From Geotalea uraniireducens Rf4 (lineage in GTDB: Bacteria > Desulfobacterota > Desulfuromonadia > Geobacterales > Geobacteraceae): a stretch of 32,000 bases of DNA. A model generated the notes under the pieces. It was not told the origin of the DNA, did no database searches, and saw only the letters and a program-made list of their open reading frames with translations. Shown in pieces: positions 16,703-24,984 of this stretch. The translations under genes and the position numbers were made by a program. The stretch is taken from assembly GCF_000016745.1 (NCBI RefSeq), contig NC_009483.1, positions 240,001 through 272,000 on the forward strand, written 5' to 3'. Numbering within the stretch: position 1 is the first letter of the stretch; each line of letters starts with the position of its first letter.

Positions 16703-16730
16703 AGATTAGCCCGACTTGGGGCGATGTCAA
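16703..16730 (-). promoter_or_regulatory. Candidate promoter for the selenoprotein gene
   Basis: Minus strand TTGACA (16730-16725), 16-nt spacer, TAATCT (16708-16703). The -35 is perfect and the -10 is weak. Confidence 0.35.
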
Positions 16731-16925
16731 GAAATGCGTCGCTAGCCTGTGTCGCCAGGAGTCTGTCGGACTTAGGAATGAATCTACTGCGAGAATGGCA
16801 AATCGGTCCATATTTCCGTAAATTTTCGACAAATAGGTCCACCATTAGCTCTCAAATTTCCGAAAATCTGTCCTCGATTTTCCATCCTCTCGCTACGATT
16901 CTCTAAGTCCGACAAACTCCTAGCC

Positions 16926-16953
16926 TTGCAGTTTTGCCCGGAATGCTTATAAT
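16926..16953 (+). promoter_or_regulatory. Candidate sigma70 promoter for rsmB
   Basis: TTGCAG (16926-16931), 16-nt spacer, perfect TATAAT (16948-16953). Confidence 0.55.
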
Positions 16954-17007
16954 GGGGCAGCGTCGTATAACGAAATCAAAGCTGTATCCAATAAACGGGA
17001 GCCAAAT

Positions 17008-18354
17008 TTGTCCACCACCAATCCACGCAGCGCCGCCTTTGAAATCCTCCTGCGCATCGATAAAGAGCGCTCTTATGCCGATATCCTCATTGACCGGGAG
17101 CTGTCCTCCGGCTTTCTCCAGGGGCCGGACCGGGGGCTTCTGACCGAGCTGGTTTACGGGGTGCTGCGCCGTCAGGGGACCCTCGATTACATCATCAACC
17201 GCTTTTCCAAGCAAAAGAGCGAGCGGCTGGAGCGATCGGTGCTGGTCCTCCTCCGCATCGGGCTGTACCAGATATTTTACCTGGACCGGGTTCCCGTCTC
17301 AGCAGCAGTCAATGAAACGGTCAAGCTGGCAAAAGTACTGGCGCCGCGGGCCTCCGGTTTCGTCAACGCAGTGCTGCGCAGCGCCGACCGGGAGCGGGAC
17401 GACATTGCCTACCCGGATAAAGAGAAGGACCCGGTCGGTTATCTCTCCACCTTTTATTCCCACCCATCCTGGCTTGTGGCCGGATGGATCGGGCAGCTCG
17501 GCTTTGCCGAGGCGGAGTCCCTGGCCAAGGCAATGGCCGAACCTCCGCCGCTCACCATCAGGACAAATACCCTGAAGACGAGTCGTGAGGAGCTCATGGA
17601 GCGGCTTGCGTCTGAGGGGGTGCAATGCGAAGCCACGCGCTTTTCGCCGCTCGGCGTCCGCATCATCACGGCAGGTTCGGTCGCCAGGCTGCAAAGCTTT
17701 CGCGATGGCCTGTTTACGGTCCAGGACGAGTCGTCCCAGCTTGCGGTCATGTTCCTCTCGCCGGAGCCGGGGGAAAAGGTGCTGGACGCCTGCGCCGCAC
17801 CGGGGGGGAAGGCGACCCACATGGCGCAGCTCATGGGGAACAGCGGCGAAATCATCGCCTGTGACGTGATCGGCCGCAAGCTCCGCCTCATCGGGGAAAA
17901 CGCCGCCCGGCTGGGCATCTCCTGCATCAAGACCGTGCCTCTGAATACGGCCAGGCCCCTGAACTCCATCAAGGACGCCCGTTTTCAAAGGATTCTTCTC
18001 GATGCCCCCTGTTCCGGGCTCGGCGTCATCAGGCGAAACCCCGAAGGGAAATGGTGGAAGACGGCTGCCGACGTGGCGGAGCTCGTCCGCGGGCAGAAAA
18101 CCATCCTGGAAAACCTGGCCGGCTACCTGAAGCGTGGCGGTATTCTCCTTTACGCCACCTGCTCCACCACCAGGGAGGAAAATGAAGCGGTCATCGACGA
18201 TTTTCTTTCGCGGCACAGTGATTTTGTGCTAGAAGATTTACGCGTCCTCTTTCCGGCATACGGCGAACTTATTACGCCGCAGGGGTGCTTCCGCGGCTGG
18301 CCGCACCGGCAAGGGATGGACGGCTTTTTCGCCGCACGGCTGAAGAAAATTTAG
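17008..18354 (+). CDS. rsmB: 16S rRNA (cytosine967-C5)-methyltransferase
   Basis: 448 aa. TTG start 6 nt after GGGAG. N-terminal NusB-like domain ([21 protein letters not shown]). SAM-binding [13 protein letters not shown], and catalytic [15 protein letters not shown] plus ATCS motifs. Confidence 0.92.
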   Translation: MSTTNPRSAAFEILLRIDKERSYADILIDRELSSGFLQGPDRGLLTELVYGVLRRQGTLDYIINRFSKQKSERLERSVLVLLRIGLYQIFYLDRVPVSAAVNETVKLAKVLAPRASGFVNAVLRSADRERDDIAYPDKEKDPVGYLSTFYSHPSWLVAGWIGQLGFAEAESLAKAMAEPPPLTIRTNTLKTSREELMERLASEGVQCEATRFSPLGVRIITAGSVARLQSFRDGLFTVQDESSQLAVMFLSPEPGEKVLDACAAPGGKATHMAQLMGNSGEIIACDVIGRKLRLIGENAARLGISCIKTVPLNTARPLNSIKDARFQRILLDAPCSGLGVIRRNPEGKWWKTAADVAELVRGQKTILENLAGYLKRGGILLYATCSTTREENEAVIDDFLSRHSDFVLEDLRVLFPAYGELITPQGCFRGWPHRQGMDGFFAARLKKI

Positions 18355-18383
18355 ACATCTTGTCTTTCCATTTTGGAGGTTTT

Positions 18384-19049
18384 ATGAAAAAGATTGCGCC
18401 ATCGATACTTTCCGCTGATTTTTCCCGGCTCGGCGACGAGGTGCGGGCGGTTGAGGCGGCGGGCGCCGATTATATCCATATCGATGTCATGGACGGCCAC
18501 TTTGTGCCGAACATCACCATCGGGCCGCTGGTGGTGGAGGCAGTGCGGAAGGTAACCAGGCTGCCGCTTGACGTCCACCTGATGATCGACGCCCCCGACC
18601 GCTATATCGGTGATTTCGCAAAGGCGGGGGCCGATATCATCGTCGTTCATGCCGAGGCCACCAATCACCTGCATCGCACCGTGCAGCTCATCAAATCGTT
18701 CGGGAAAAAGGCCGGCGTATCGCTCAATCCGGCCACGACCCTCCACACTCTCGATTACATTCTCGAAGAGCTCGACCTGATCCTGTTGATGACCGTCAAT
18801 CCCGGCTTCGGCGGCCAGTCGTTCATCGATGCCTGTCTTCCCAAGATACAGGCCTTACGGGGAATGCTGGACAAGAAGGGTCTTGAGACCGAGCTGGAAG
18901 TTGATGGCGGTGTCAAGGCATCCAACATCGACCGCATTGCCCATGCCGGGGCGGATGTTTTTGTGGCCGGGAGCGCTGTTTTCGGCAGTGACGATTACGC
19001 CGCCACAATAGCGGAAATGAAACGCCGCGCAAAAGAGCCGGTGCTTTGA
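18384..19049 (+). CDS. rpe: Ribulose-phosphate 3-epimerase
   Basis: The track ORF starts at 18285, but the conserved N-terminus [17 protein letters not shown] begins at ATG 18384, preceded by GGAGG (18375-18379). Also has [12 protein letters not shown] and [12 protein letters not shown] motifs. Confidence 0.93.
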   Translation: MKKIAPSILSADFSRLGDEVRAVEAAGADYIHIDVMDGHFVPNITIGPLVVEAVRKVTRLPLDVHLMIDAPDRYIGDFAKAGADIIVVHAEATNHLHRTVQLIKSFGKKAGVSLNPATTLHTLDYILEELDLILLMTVNPGFGGQSFIDACLPKIQALRGMLDKKGLETELEVDGGVKASNIDRIAHAGADVFVAGSAVFGSDDYAATIAEMKRRAKEPVL

Positions 19050-19060
19050 AAGCGGTTCGA

Positions 19061-19113
19061 CGTTCGATGTTCGATGTTCTACGTTGTAAACCTCGAACCT
19101 CGAACTTCGAACG
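19061..19113. repeat. Imperfect 23-bp-arm hairpin built from tandem TTCGA units; possible rpe terminator or REP-like element
   Basis: CGTTCGATGTTCGATGTTCTACG (19061-19083), loop TTGTAAA, CCTCGAACCTCGAACTTCGAACG (19091-19113). 19 of 23 positions are complementary. There are three TTCGA copies per arm plus one more at 19056-19060, and the tail is only TTT. Confidence 0.55.
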
Positions 19114-19242
19114 TTTCATATGGAGCTGAAAGAAAAAATAAGGGCTGCATTGGCCGCTCACCGCCGCCATTCTCAAGCAGTTCCTCGATCTGGCGTTCGG
19201 CTGACCCCGCCGGACTTTCTTCGCAGCAAGCGTCAAATTCTC

Positions 19243-19270
19243 TTGACTTTATTCCTGCGAATTCTGTAAT
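19243..19270 (+). promoter_or_regulatory. Candidate promoter immediately upstream of the REC-GGDEF gene
   Basis: TTGACT (19243-19248), 16-nt spacer, TGTAAT (19265-19270). The ATG is only 11 nt downstream of the -10. Confidence 0.35.
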
Positions 19271-19280
19271 CATAGCGACT

Positions 19281-20210
19281 ATGCCGACAAGTATCCTCAT
19301 CATCGACGATTCCGATCAAGTACGCGCCCAGATCGTCCGCACCCTCAGGGAAGTTTCACTCTTCGACCAGTACCTTGAGGCCGGCGACGGCATTGACGCG
19401 TTCAAGACCATTCTCAATTCCCGTGTCGACCTCATTCTTTGCGATCTGGAAATGCCCCGCATGGACGGCTTCAAGTTTGTCGCCATGCTGCAGACGCGCG
19501 AGGAACTGAGGGATATTCCCGTTATCATGCTTACCGGCAGGGAAGACCGTGACCTGAAGATAAAGGGGCTGGAGCAGGGGGCGTGCGACTATGTTACCAA
19601 GCCCTTTGATGCAGGTGAGCTGGTGGCGCGGGTCAAGGTGCAGCTGAAGATCAAGGCGCTTCAGGATGAGCTGAAACGCTCCAACGAGCTGCTGAAGGAT
19701 CTTTCCAATACCGATCCACTCACCCATCTCCACAACCGCCGCTATTTGATGGAGGCGCTGGAGCGGGAGTTCCTGAGGGCTTCCCGCAAAGGTGACGGTC
19801 TTTCCCTCGTGCTCCTGGATATCGACCATTTCAAGAAGGTGAACGACACCTACGGCCATCCTGAGGGGGACAATGTCCTCGTGGCGGTTGCATCGCTGTT
19901 GCAAAACATGGTGCGCCGCTATGACGTTTCTGCCCGTTACGGCGGAGAGGAATTCGTGGTCGTGCTGCCGGAGACTTCTCTGCACCACGCCTTGCAGTTC
20001 GCCGAACGTTGCCGCGTTGCCGTGCAGGATATTTCCTTCGGGGGTGCTTTGAAGGGGCTCACCATTACCGTCAGTCTCGGGGTTGCATCCTATCCGTCGG
20101 GGAAGGTGGATTGCGTGGATTCCCTGTTCAGGCAGGCCGACGAAGCCCTCTACAGAGCCAAACAGGGGGGGAGAAACCGGGTCGAAGCCATGTTAAACGG
20201 CCTTGCATGA
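19281..20210 (+). CDS. Response-regulator diguanylate cyclase (REC-GGDEF, PleD/WspR-like)
   Basis: The track ORF starts at 19074, but the REC domain begins at MPTSILIIDDSD (ATG 19281). Phospho-acceptor context is LILCDLEMPRMDG. The GGDEF active site is RYGGEEFVVVLPE, with an RxxD I-site (RRYD) five residues upstream. Confidence 0.88.
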   Translation: MPTSILIIDDSDQVRAQIVRTLREVSLFDQYLEAGDGIDAFKTILNSRVDLILCDLEMPRMDGFKFVAMLQTREELRDIPVIMLTGREDRDLKIKGLEQGACDYVTKPFDAGELVARVKVQLKIKALQDELKRSNELLKDLSNTDPLTHLHNRRYLMEALEREFLRASRKGDGLSLVLLDIDHFKKVNDTYGHPEGDNVLVAVASLLQNMVRRYDVSARYGGEEFVVVLPETSLHHALQFAERCRVAVQDISFGGALKGLTITVSLGVASYPSGKVDCVDSLFRQADEALYRAKQGGRNRVEAMLNGLA

Positions 20211-20864
20211 GAAATGCAGATCGCACCCCGGGCAGAGCGGTTTTTTCCGGCAATGTTCCTTGCAGTGCTGTACGATCAGGGCGTGATATTCGTTGAACAT
20301 CTCCACATCCTCCGGAAGGTTCTCCATGAACAGGGCACGAATCTCCTCGTAATCGGCTTTTTCCGAGATGACGTCCAGGTGTGCGAAGAGCCGTTTGGTG
20401 TATGCGTCCACCACGAAAGAAGGCTTGTTGCCGGCATAGAGGAGAATCGAATCGCAGGTCTCTCTGCCGATTCCGCGCACCTGCAAGAGTTCCTTCCGCA
20501 AGTCCTGCCAGTCACCACTGAACATTTGTTTCAATTTGCCGTCATGGCGCATGAAAAGCCAGGCGACAAAATCCTTCAGCCTGGCGCTCTTCACATTGAA
20601 GAAGCCGGCTGGCCGTATTACCTCCGCAAGCCGTTCAACCGGCACGTCCCTCATCGCTTCCGCAGATAAAAGCCCTTCCTTCTTAAGATTGCCTATCGCC
20701 TTTTCCACATTGCCCCAGTTGGTATTCTGGGTGAGGATTGCCCCTACGCATACCTCGAAAGGGGTTTCCGCCGGCCACCAGTGGAGAGGCCCATAGCGAT
20801 CGAGTAGAATCCGGAATATGTCCAGGAAGATGTTCCCAGCGGCATTGACATTATGCGGCATCAT
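20193..20864 (-). CDS. Endonuclease III-related HhH-GPD DNA glycosylase family protein
   Basis: The conserved part begins near MMPHNVNAAGNIFLDIF. Has ILTQNTNWGNVEKA, the HhH motif LLQVRGIGRETCDSILLY, and the Cys-rich C-terminus CKEHCRKKPLCPGCDLHFSC. The start is chosen at ATG 20864, overlapping the upstream stop (TGATG); the rest of the 339-aa track ORF is an extension. Confidence 0.75.
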   Translation of the reverse strand: MMPHNVNAAGNIFLDIFRILLDRYGPLHWWPAETPFEVCVGAILTQNTNWGNVEKAIGNLKKEGLLSAEAMRDVPVERLAEVIRPAGFFNVKSARLKDFVAWLFMRHDGKLKQMFSGDWQDLRKELLQVRGIGRETCDSILLYAGNKPSFVVDAYTKRLFAHLDVISEKADYEEIRALFMENLPEDVEMFNEYHALIVQHCKEHCRKKPLCPGCDLHFSCKAV

Positions 20865-21220
20865 CAGCCGATCTCCCATTCCCCCGCCTCCCATTTTTGC
20901 AGGGCCATTGCTGCCCTGAATCCCAAGAGGCCCTCTTCCGCGGCCAGGCGGCGTAGCATCCGGATGCAGCGCTCCGGGGAGTAGCGCATGGAATAGACCG
21001 CCGCCATTCCCGCAACCGCCGGGTTGTCGTCGTCCGTCAAGGCGAGCAGTGCATCTCTCCCTGCATCCCCTTCCCGGACGATTCCTTCGAACAGGCGGGA
21101 GATGACAACGGCCTGGCGCTCGGCCCGTTCCGCATCCATCTCTTCCATTGCGACGTAATGGGCTTTCGCTGCAACGGCAAAACGTTTTATGAGTATCTGG
21201 AGCTTGTTGCACGTCATCAT
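20864..21220 (-). CDS. DUF2019-like helical-repeat hypothetical protein
   Basis: About 118 aa in a different frame from the 339-aa ORF. The pattern ...LFEGIVREGDAGRDALLALTDDDNPAVAGMAAVYSMRYSPERCIRMLRRLAAEEGLLGFRAAMALQKWEAGEW resembles DUF2019. The start is ambiguous (TTG 21226, ATG 21220 or ATG 21217). Confidence 0.55.
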   Translation of the reverse strand: MMTCNKLQILIKRFAVAAKAHYVAMEEMDAERAERQAVVISRLFEGIVREGDAGRDALLALTDDDNPAVAGMAAVYSMRYSPERCIRMLRRLAAEEGLLGFRAAMALQKWEAGEWEIG

Positions 21221-21235
21221 CAGCAACCGGGGTAA

Positions 21236-21769
21236 TCAGGAGGCATCATTGATATATTGCAGGGCATATTTCACGTAGTTCCCGGCTGAACGCTGCAGCC
21301 AGGCAACTTCGTCGGATGACAGTTCCCGCTTGTATTTGGCGGGAGAGCCGACCCACAGCGTGTGGGGCGGAATTATGGTACCCTCGGTTACCAGTGCGCG
21401 CGCACCGACAAGCGCTCCCGCACCGACGACGACCTTGTCCATGACGATTGCCTGCATGCCGATGAATGCACCGTTTTCTACTGTGCAGCCGTGCAGGGTG
21501 ACGCTGTGGCCGACGGTAACGTCATCGCCGATAATGAGCGGTGCACCGGGGTCGTCAGCATTTTTTTTGTGGGTGACGTGAAGCATGGAGAGGTCCTGGA
21601 TGTTGGAGCGGGCGCCGATCCGGATGAAATTTACATCGCCGCGCGCCACGCAGTTATACCAGATACTGCTCTGTGGTCCGATAGTGACGTCACCGATAAC
21701 GACGGCAGTCTCGGCAATGAAGGCGGTCGGGTCGATCTGGGGAGCAATCCCCTGGAATGGACGGATCAT
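21236..21769 (-). CDS. Gamma-carbonic-anhydrase-like / left-handed beta-helix hexapeptide-repeat protein
   Basis: 177 aa. Hexapeptide repeats are visible throughout (VIGDVTIGPQSSIWYNCVARGD, IGDDVTVGHSVTLHGCTVENGAFIGMQAIV). Typical YrdA/PaaY-type length. Confidence 0.85.
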   Translation of the reverse strand: MIRPFQGIAPQIDPTAFIAETAVVIGDVTIGPQSSIWYNCVARGDVNFIRIGARSNIQDLSMLHVTHKKNADDPGAPLIIGDDVTVGHSVTLHGCTVENGAFIGMQAIVMDKVVVGAGALVGARALVTEGTIIPPHTLWVGSPAKYKRELSSDEVAWLQRSAGNYVKYALQYINDAS

Positions 21770-21832
21770 GGTTTACCTCGTGCGACGTACTGCGTGCTGC
21801 GTGAACAAAAAACCGCGGTACGTCGCATGAAT

Positions 21833-22747
21833 TTAGTCCCTGGGTATGGCCAGCATCCTGTCCAGCGCTTGCTTTGCCGGAATCCTGATCTCCTCCGGCA
21901 CCTTGACCACCGGTGTCATGGTTCTCAAGGACTCCAGAATATCTTCCAGAGAGGTCAGCTTCATGTTGGGACAGACGAGCGCAGGCGATGCCAGAATGAA
22001 TTCCTTGTCCGGATTCTCTTTTTTCAGCCGGTAGAGAATCCCCGCCTCCGTGCCGATAATAAAGCGTCGAGCCGGGTTTTTCCTGCAATAGTCATACATG
22101 CCTGTGGTGGAACAGACGTGGTCGGCCAGCGCTTCCACTTCCGGGTTGCATTCGGGATGGCAGATAAACAGGGCGTCGGGGAATTCCTGCTTGAGGCGGA
22201 TGACTGCATCGGGCTTCAGCCGCTCATGGGTCGGGCAGTATCCGTCCCAGTAATGGAAGGTCTTGTCGGTAAAGCGGGCCACGTATCTGCCCAGATTACG
22301 GTCTGGAACGAAGATGATCTCGGATTCCGGCAGGGACTTGACCACCTTGACCGCATTGGCGGAGGTGCAGCAGATATCGCTGATCGCCTTGATCGCGGCG
22401 GATGAATTGACATAGGTGACCACCGGCACGCCGGGATGCCGTGCCTTCAACTCCTGGAGTTCCGGCACCGTGACCATGTCGGCCATCGGGCATCCCGCAT
22501 CGAGCCGCGGCAGGAGTACGGTCTTGTCCGGGGCGAGTATGGAGGCTGATTCCGCCATGAAATGAACCCCACAGAAGACGATGACCGATGCATCCGTCTT
22601 TGCCGCTTCAATTGAGAGCCCGAGAGAGTCTCCGGTAATATCGGCGATTTCCTGCACTTCATCACGCATGTAGTTATGCGCCAAGAGTATCCCGTTTCGC
22701 TCGCCGAGGAGGGTTTTTATCTCATGCTTGATTTCATCCTGGTACAT
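21833..22747 (-). CDS. nadA: Quinolinate synthase
   Basis: 304 aa. Has [37 protein letters not shown] and HPEC motifs typical of type II/III NadA. Confidence 0.92.
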   Translation of the reverse strand: MYQDEIKHEIKTLLGERNGILLAHNYMRDEVQEIADITGDSLGLSIEAAKTDASVIVFCGVHFMAESASILAPDKTVLLPRLDAGCPMADMVTVPELQELKARHPGVPVVTYVNSSAAIKAISDICCTSANAVKVVKSLPESEIIFVPDRNLGRYVARFTDKTFHYWDGYCPTHERLKPDAVIRLKQEFPDALFICHPECNPEVEALADHVCSTTGMYDYCRKNPARRFIIGTEAGILYRLKKENPDKEFILASPALVCPNMKLTSLEDILESLRTMTPVVKVPEEIRIPAKQALDRMLAIPRD

Positions 22748-22853
22748 GGCTATCCCCTGAAGTCTCCTTTGATGCCTGCCTGCGCAATGTTTACAAAATA
22801 GTGAAGATATTAGACAATGTTCCGGTTTATGTCAAATCCTTAAATAACCTTGC

Positions 22854-22882
22854 TTGACACTGCCCGGCAAAACCTCTATTAT
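22854..22882 (+). promoter_or_regulatory. Candidate sigma70 promoter for tatA
   Basis: Perfect TTGACA (22854-22859), 17-nt spacer, TATTAT (22877-22882). Confidence 0.6.
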
Positions 22883-22972
22883 TTTGTCAGGATTCGCAGA
22901 ACGGGGAAATGGTTCCCGGCTAATGCCATCCGCTCTCTCAACAACGTATAGTCATAACTGGTGGGGTACGCT

Positions 22973-23239
22973 ATGTTCGGAATAGGGATGCCGGAATTGA
23001 TTGTCATCTTTGTGATCGCTCTCGTTGTGATCGGATCGCAGAAACTCCCCGATCTCGCCCGATCTTTGGGCCGTGGTCTGGCCGAATTCAAGCGGGCCAC
23101 TGATGACTTCAAGCAGAGTGTTCAGGAGGAGTCCCAGGCGGCTGATGAAAAGGAAAAGATAGCGCAGGAAGTTGCAGAAAAGGAGAAGATGGCTGAGAAA
23201 GAAAAAGACGTGACAGAGAAAAAAGAGACCGTTGCATAA
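22973..23239 (+). CDS. tatA: Twin-arginine translocase subunit TatA/E
   Basis: [42 protein letters not shown] is the canonical TatA TM helix plus amphipathic helix. ATG 22973 is preferred over GTG 22961. Acidic/Lys-rich tail. Confidence 0.9.
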   Translation: MFGIGMPELIVIFVIALVVIGSQKLPDLARSLGRGLAEFKRATDDFKQSVQEESQAADEKEKIAQEVAEKEKMAEKEKDVTEKKETVA

Positions 23240-23265
23240 CAGCCCGGCTCCTTGCATACCAACAG

Positions 23266-23293
23266 AAAAAGGCGGGGTTTCCCCCGCCTTTTT
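23266..23293. terminator. Bidirectional intrinsic terminator between convergent tatA and ybgF
   Basis: A-run 23266-23270, GGCGGGG (23271-23277) / CCCCGCC (23282-23288), T-run 23289-23293. Confidence 0.8.
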
Positions 23294-24121
23294 CTATTTC
23301 AGCTCCTTCAGCTTTTCCTTGGCAATTCGGGCCTCATCAGTATAGGGCGAATCTTCGATCAGCTTCTTGTAAACATACCTGGCGCTTTTTGCATCTCCCA
23401 ACTCTTTAAAAGCCATGGCCTGCTTTAGCATGGCAGCCGGAACTTTTTCTTTGCCGGGGTAATTCTTTATCACTTCCTGGAATTCCAGAATCGCCTGGTC
23501 GTACTTCTTTTCATGGTAATATGTTTCTCCGAGCCAGTAACGTGCGTTTGCAGTCAATTCATGCTTGGGGAACAGTTCGATGAATTTTGTAAAGTACTCC
23601 CTGGCCTTCTGTGGATCGCCCCCCTTGAGTGTGTCTAGTCCCCTTTGGTAGAGCGCATCAGGCGCTTGTTCCATCTCTTTATTCTTAGCTTCAGCCAGTG
23701 TTTTATGCAGTTCTTCAAAAGATTTGTCCAGCTTCAACAGACGTTCTTCCATGGCGGTTAGCCGCCGGTCGGTATCTTCCTTCAACAGAGCGAGATCATC
23801 TGCCGGTTTCTGGGCCAGCAGCCTGACATCATCAACCTTACCGGTCAGGACCTGCATGTCGACCTTGGCGCTGTCTAGGGTTGCCTGTAGGTCGGCACTT
23901 CCTTTACGTAGATTATCCATCTCATTCTGAACGTCCTTGATGGTTTTGTCGATGCCTTCTTTCGCTTCGCTGCGCATCCCGCCGATGTCCTTTTCCATCT
24001 TGAACATCCGGGTTTTCATCTCGTCCATGTCGCGCTGCACATTGTCTACGGTTTCCCTCGATGCGCAAGCCGAAAGGGCCAGCGCCAGGACGATGGGTGA
24101 CCACCTTCTGATGAACTGCAT
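23294..24121 (-). CDS. ybgF: Tol-Pal system protein YbgF/CpoB (coiled coil plus TPR)
   Basis: ATG 24121 is preceded by GGAGGA; the track ORF extends to 24181. Signal/lipobox-like LALALSAC, a long coiled-coil segment, and C-terminal TPR repeats (ARYWLGETYYHEKKYDQAILEFQEVIKNYPG...). Last gene of the tol-pal cluster. Confidence 0.85.
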   Translation of the reverse strand: MQFIRRWSPIVLALALSACASRETVDNVQRDMDEMKTRMFKMEKDIGGMRSEAKEGIDKTIKDVQNEMDNLRKGSADLQATLDSAKVDMQVLTGKVDDVRLLAQKPADDLALLKEDTDRRLTAMEERLLKLDKSFEELHKTLAEAKNKEMEQAPDALYQRGLDTLKGGDPQKAREYFTKFIELFPKHELTANARYWLGETYYHEKKYDQAILEFQEVIKNYPGKEKVPAAMLKQAMAFKELGDAKSARYVYKKLIEDSPYTDEARIAKEKLKELK

Positions 24122-24216
24122 AGTGGCAAATCCTCCTTCTTTGATAAAAAAACAGCCGCCGCAAAATACCATCACACCCATATGCCTTGCAGGGGATTAT
24201 GATGACGGCGTTGCAT

Positions 24217-24245
24217 ATAAAAAAGGAGCCCAAGAGGGCTCCTTT
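24217..24245 (-). terminator. Intrinsic terminator/attenuator after pal
   Basis: Minus strand GGAGCCC-UCUU-GGGCUCC followed by UUUUUU (plus-strand A-run 24217-24224), located between pal and ybgF. Confidence 0.65.
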
Positions 24246-24265
24246 TGCGGTTAAAAAGAAACTGA

Positions 24266-24850
24266 CTACTTGATGATGACGAATTCAGCCCTACGGTTTT
24301 TAGCCCACGCAGCTTCATTGTGGCCCGGGTCGGCGGGCTTTTCTTTGCCGTAGCTGATGACGCTGAGCTGGTCAGCGGGAACCCCCAGGGTCACCAGGTA
24401 GTTCATGGCTGACTTGGCACGTTTTTCACCGAGGGCGAGGTTGTATTCGTCAGAACCTCGCTCGTCGCAGTGCCCTTCAATCTGGACCTTCGCCCGTCCG
24501 GTTTTCAGCAACCATTTGGCATTGTTGGACAGGATATCGCGCGAGGTCTGCGTGAGAACAAAAGAGTCAAAGTCGAAGTAAACTTTTCCCAGCTCAGTGG
24601 CGGCTACGGCAGTCACGGGCTGTTCTTTGATGCTTGCTTCAGCGATTGTCGTCGCCTCCTTTATAGGCTGTTCCTTCACAACTTCTTCAGTCATCGATGG
24701 CTTGGCGGGGGGCGTTACAGCGGGCTTTTCAGTTGCAGCAGATGGGACGACGCCTTCTTCACCCTTTACCATTTCTTTCTTGGCGCAGCCTCCCACAAGA
24801 AGCGCTCCGCAAAAAAGAACCGTCACCAAGCCTACCATACCCTTACGCAT
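24266..24850 (-). CDS. pal: Peptidoglycan-associated lipoprotein (OmpA-like)
   Basis: 194 aa. Lipobox LLVGGC. Pro/Thr-rich linker. OmpA_C motifs (VYFDFDSFVL, IEGHCDERGSDEYNLALGEKRA, NRRAEFVI). Confidence 0.92.
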   Translation of the reverse strand: MRKGMVGLVTVLFCGALLVGGCAKKEMVKGEEGVVPSAATEKPAVTPPAKPSMTEEVVKEQPIKEATTIAEASIKEQPVTAVAATELGKVYFDFDSFVLTQTSRDILSNNAKWLLKTGRAKVQIEGHCDERGSDEYNLALGEKRAKSAMNYLVTLGVPADQLSVISYGKEKPADPGHNEAAWAKNRRAEFVIIK

Positions 24851-24984
24851 TTTCCGTTCTCCTTTTCATAGCATCGATTTTAATCAGAGGCCTATGCCTC
24901 GAAACTGCCAAAAATGTTAAAAGATTATACATGAGTCTGGGGCATTTTCAATCATTCTTCTCGGCGGTCGGAAAAGTTTTTTTG

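Noticed and set aside
20865-21212. N-terminal 116 residues of the 339-aa ORF 20193..21212
   Set aside because: The composition is Arg/Gly/Cys-rich junk, and the region overlaps the better-supported DUF2019-like ORF in another frame. The glycosylase homology begins only near 20864.
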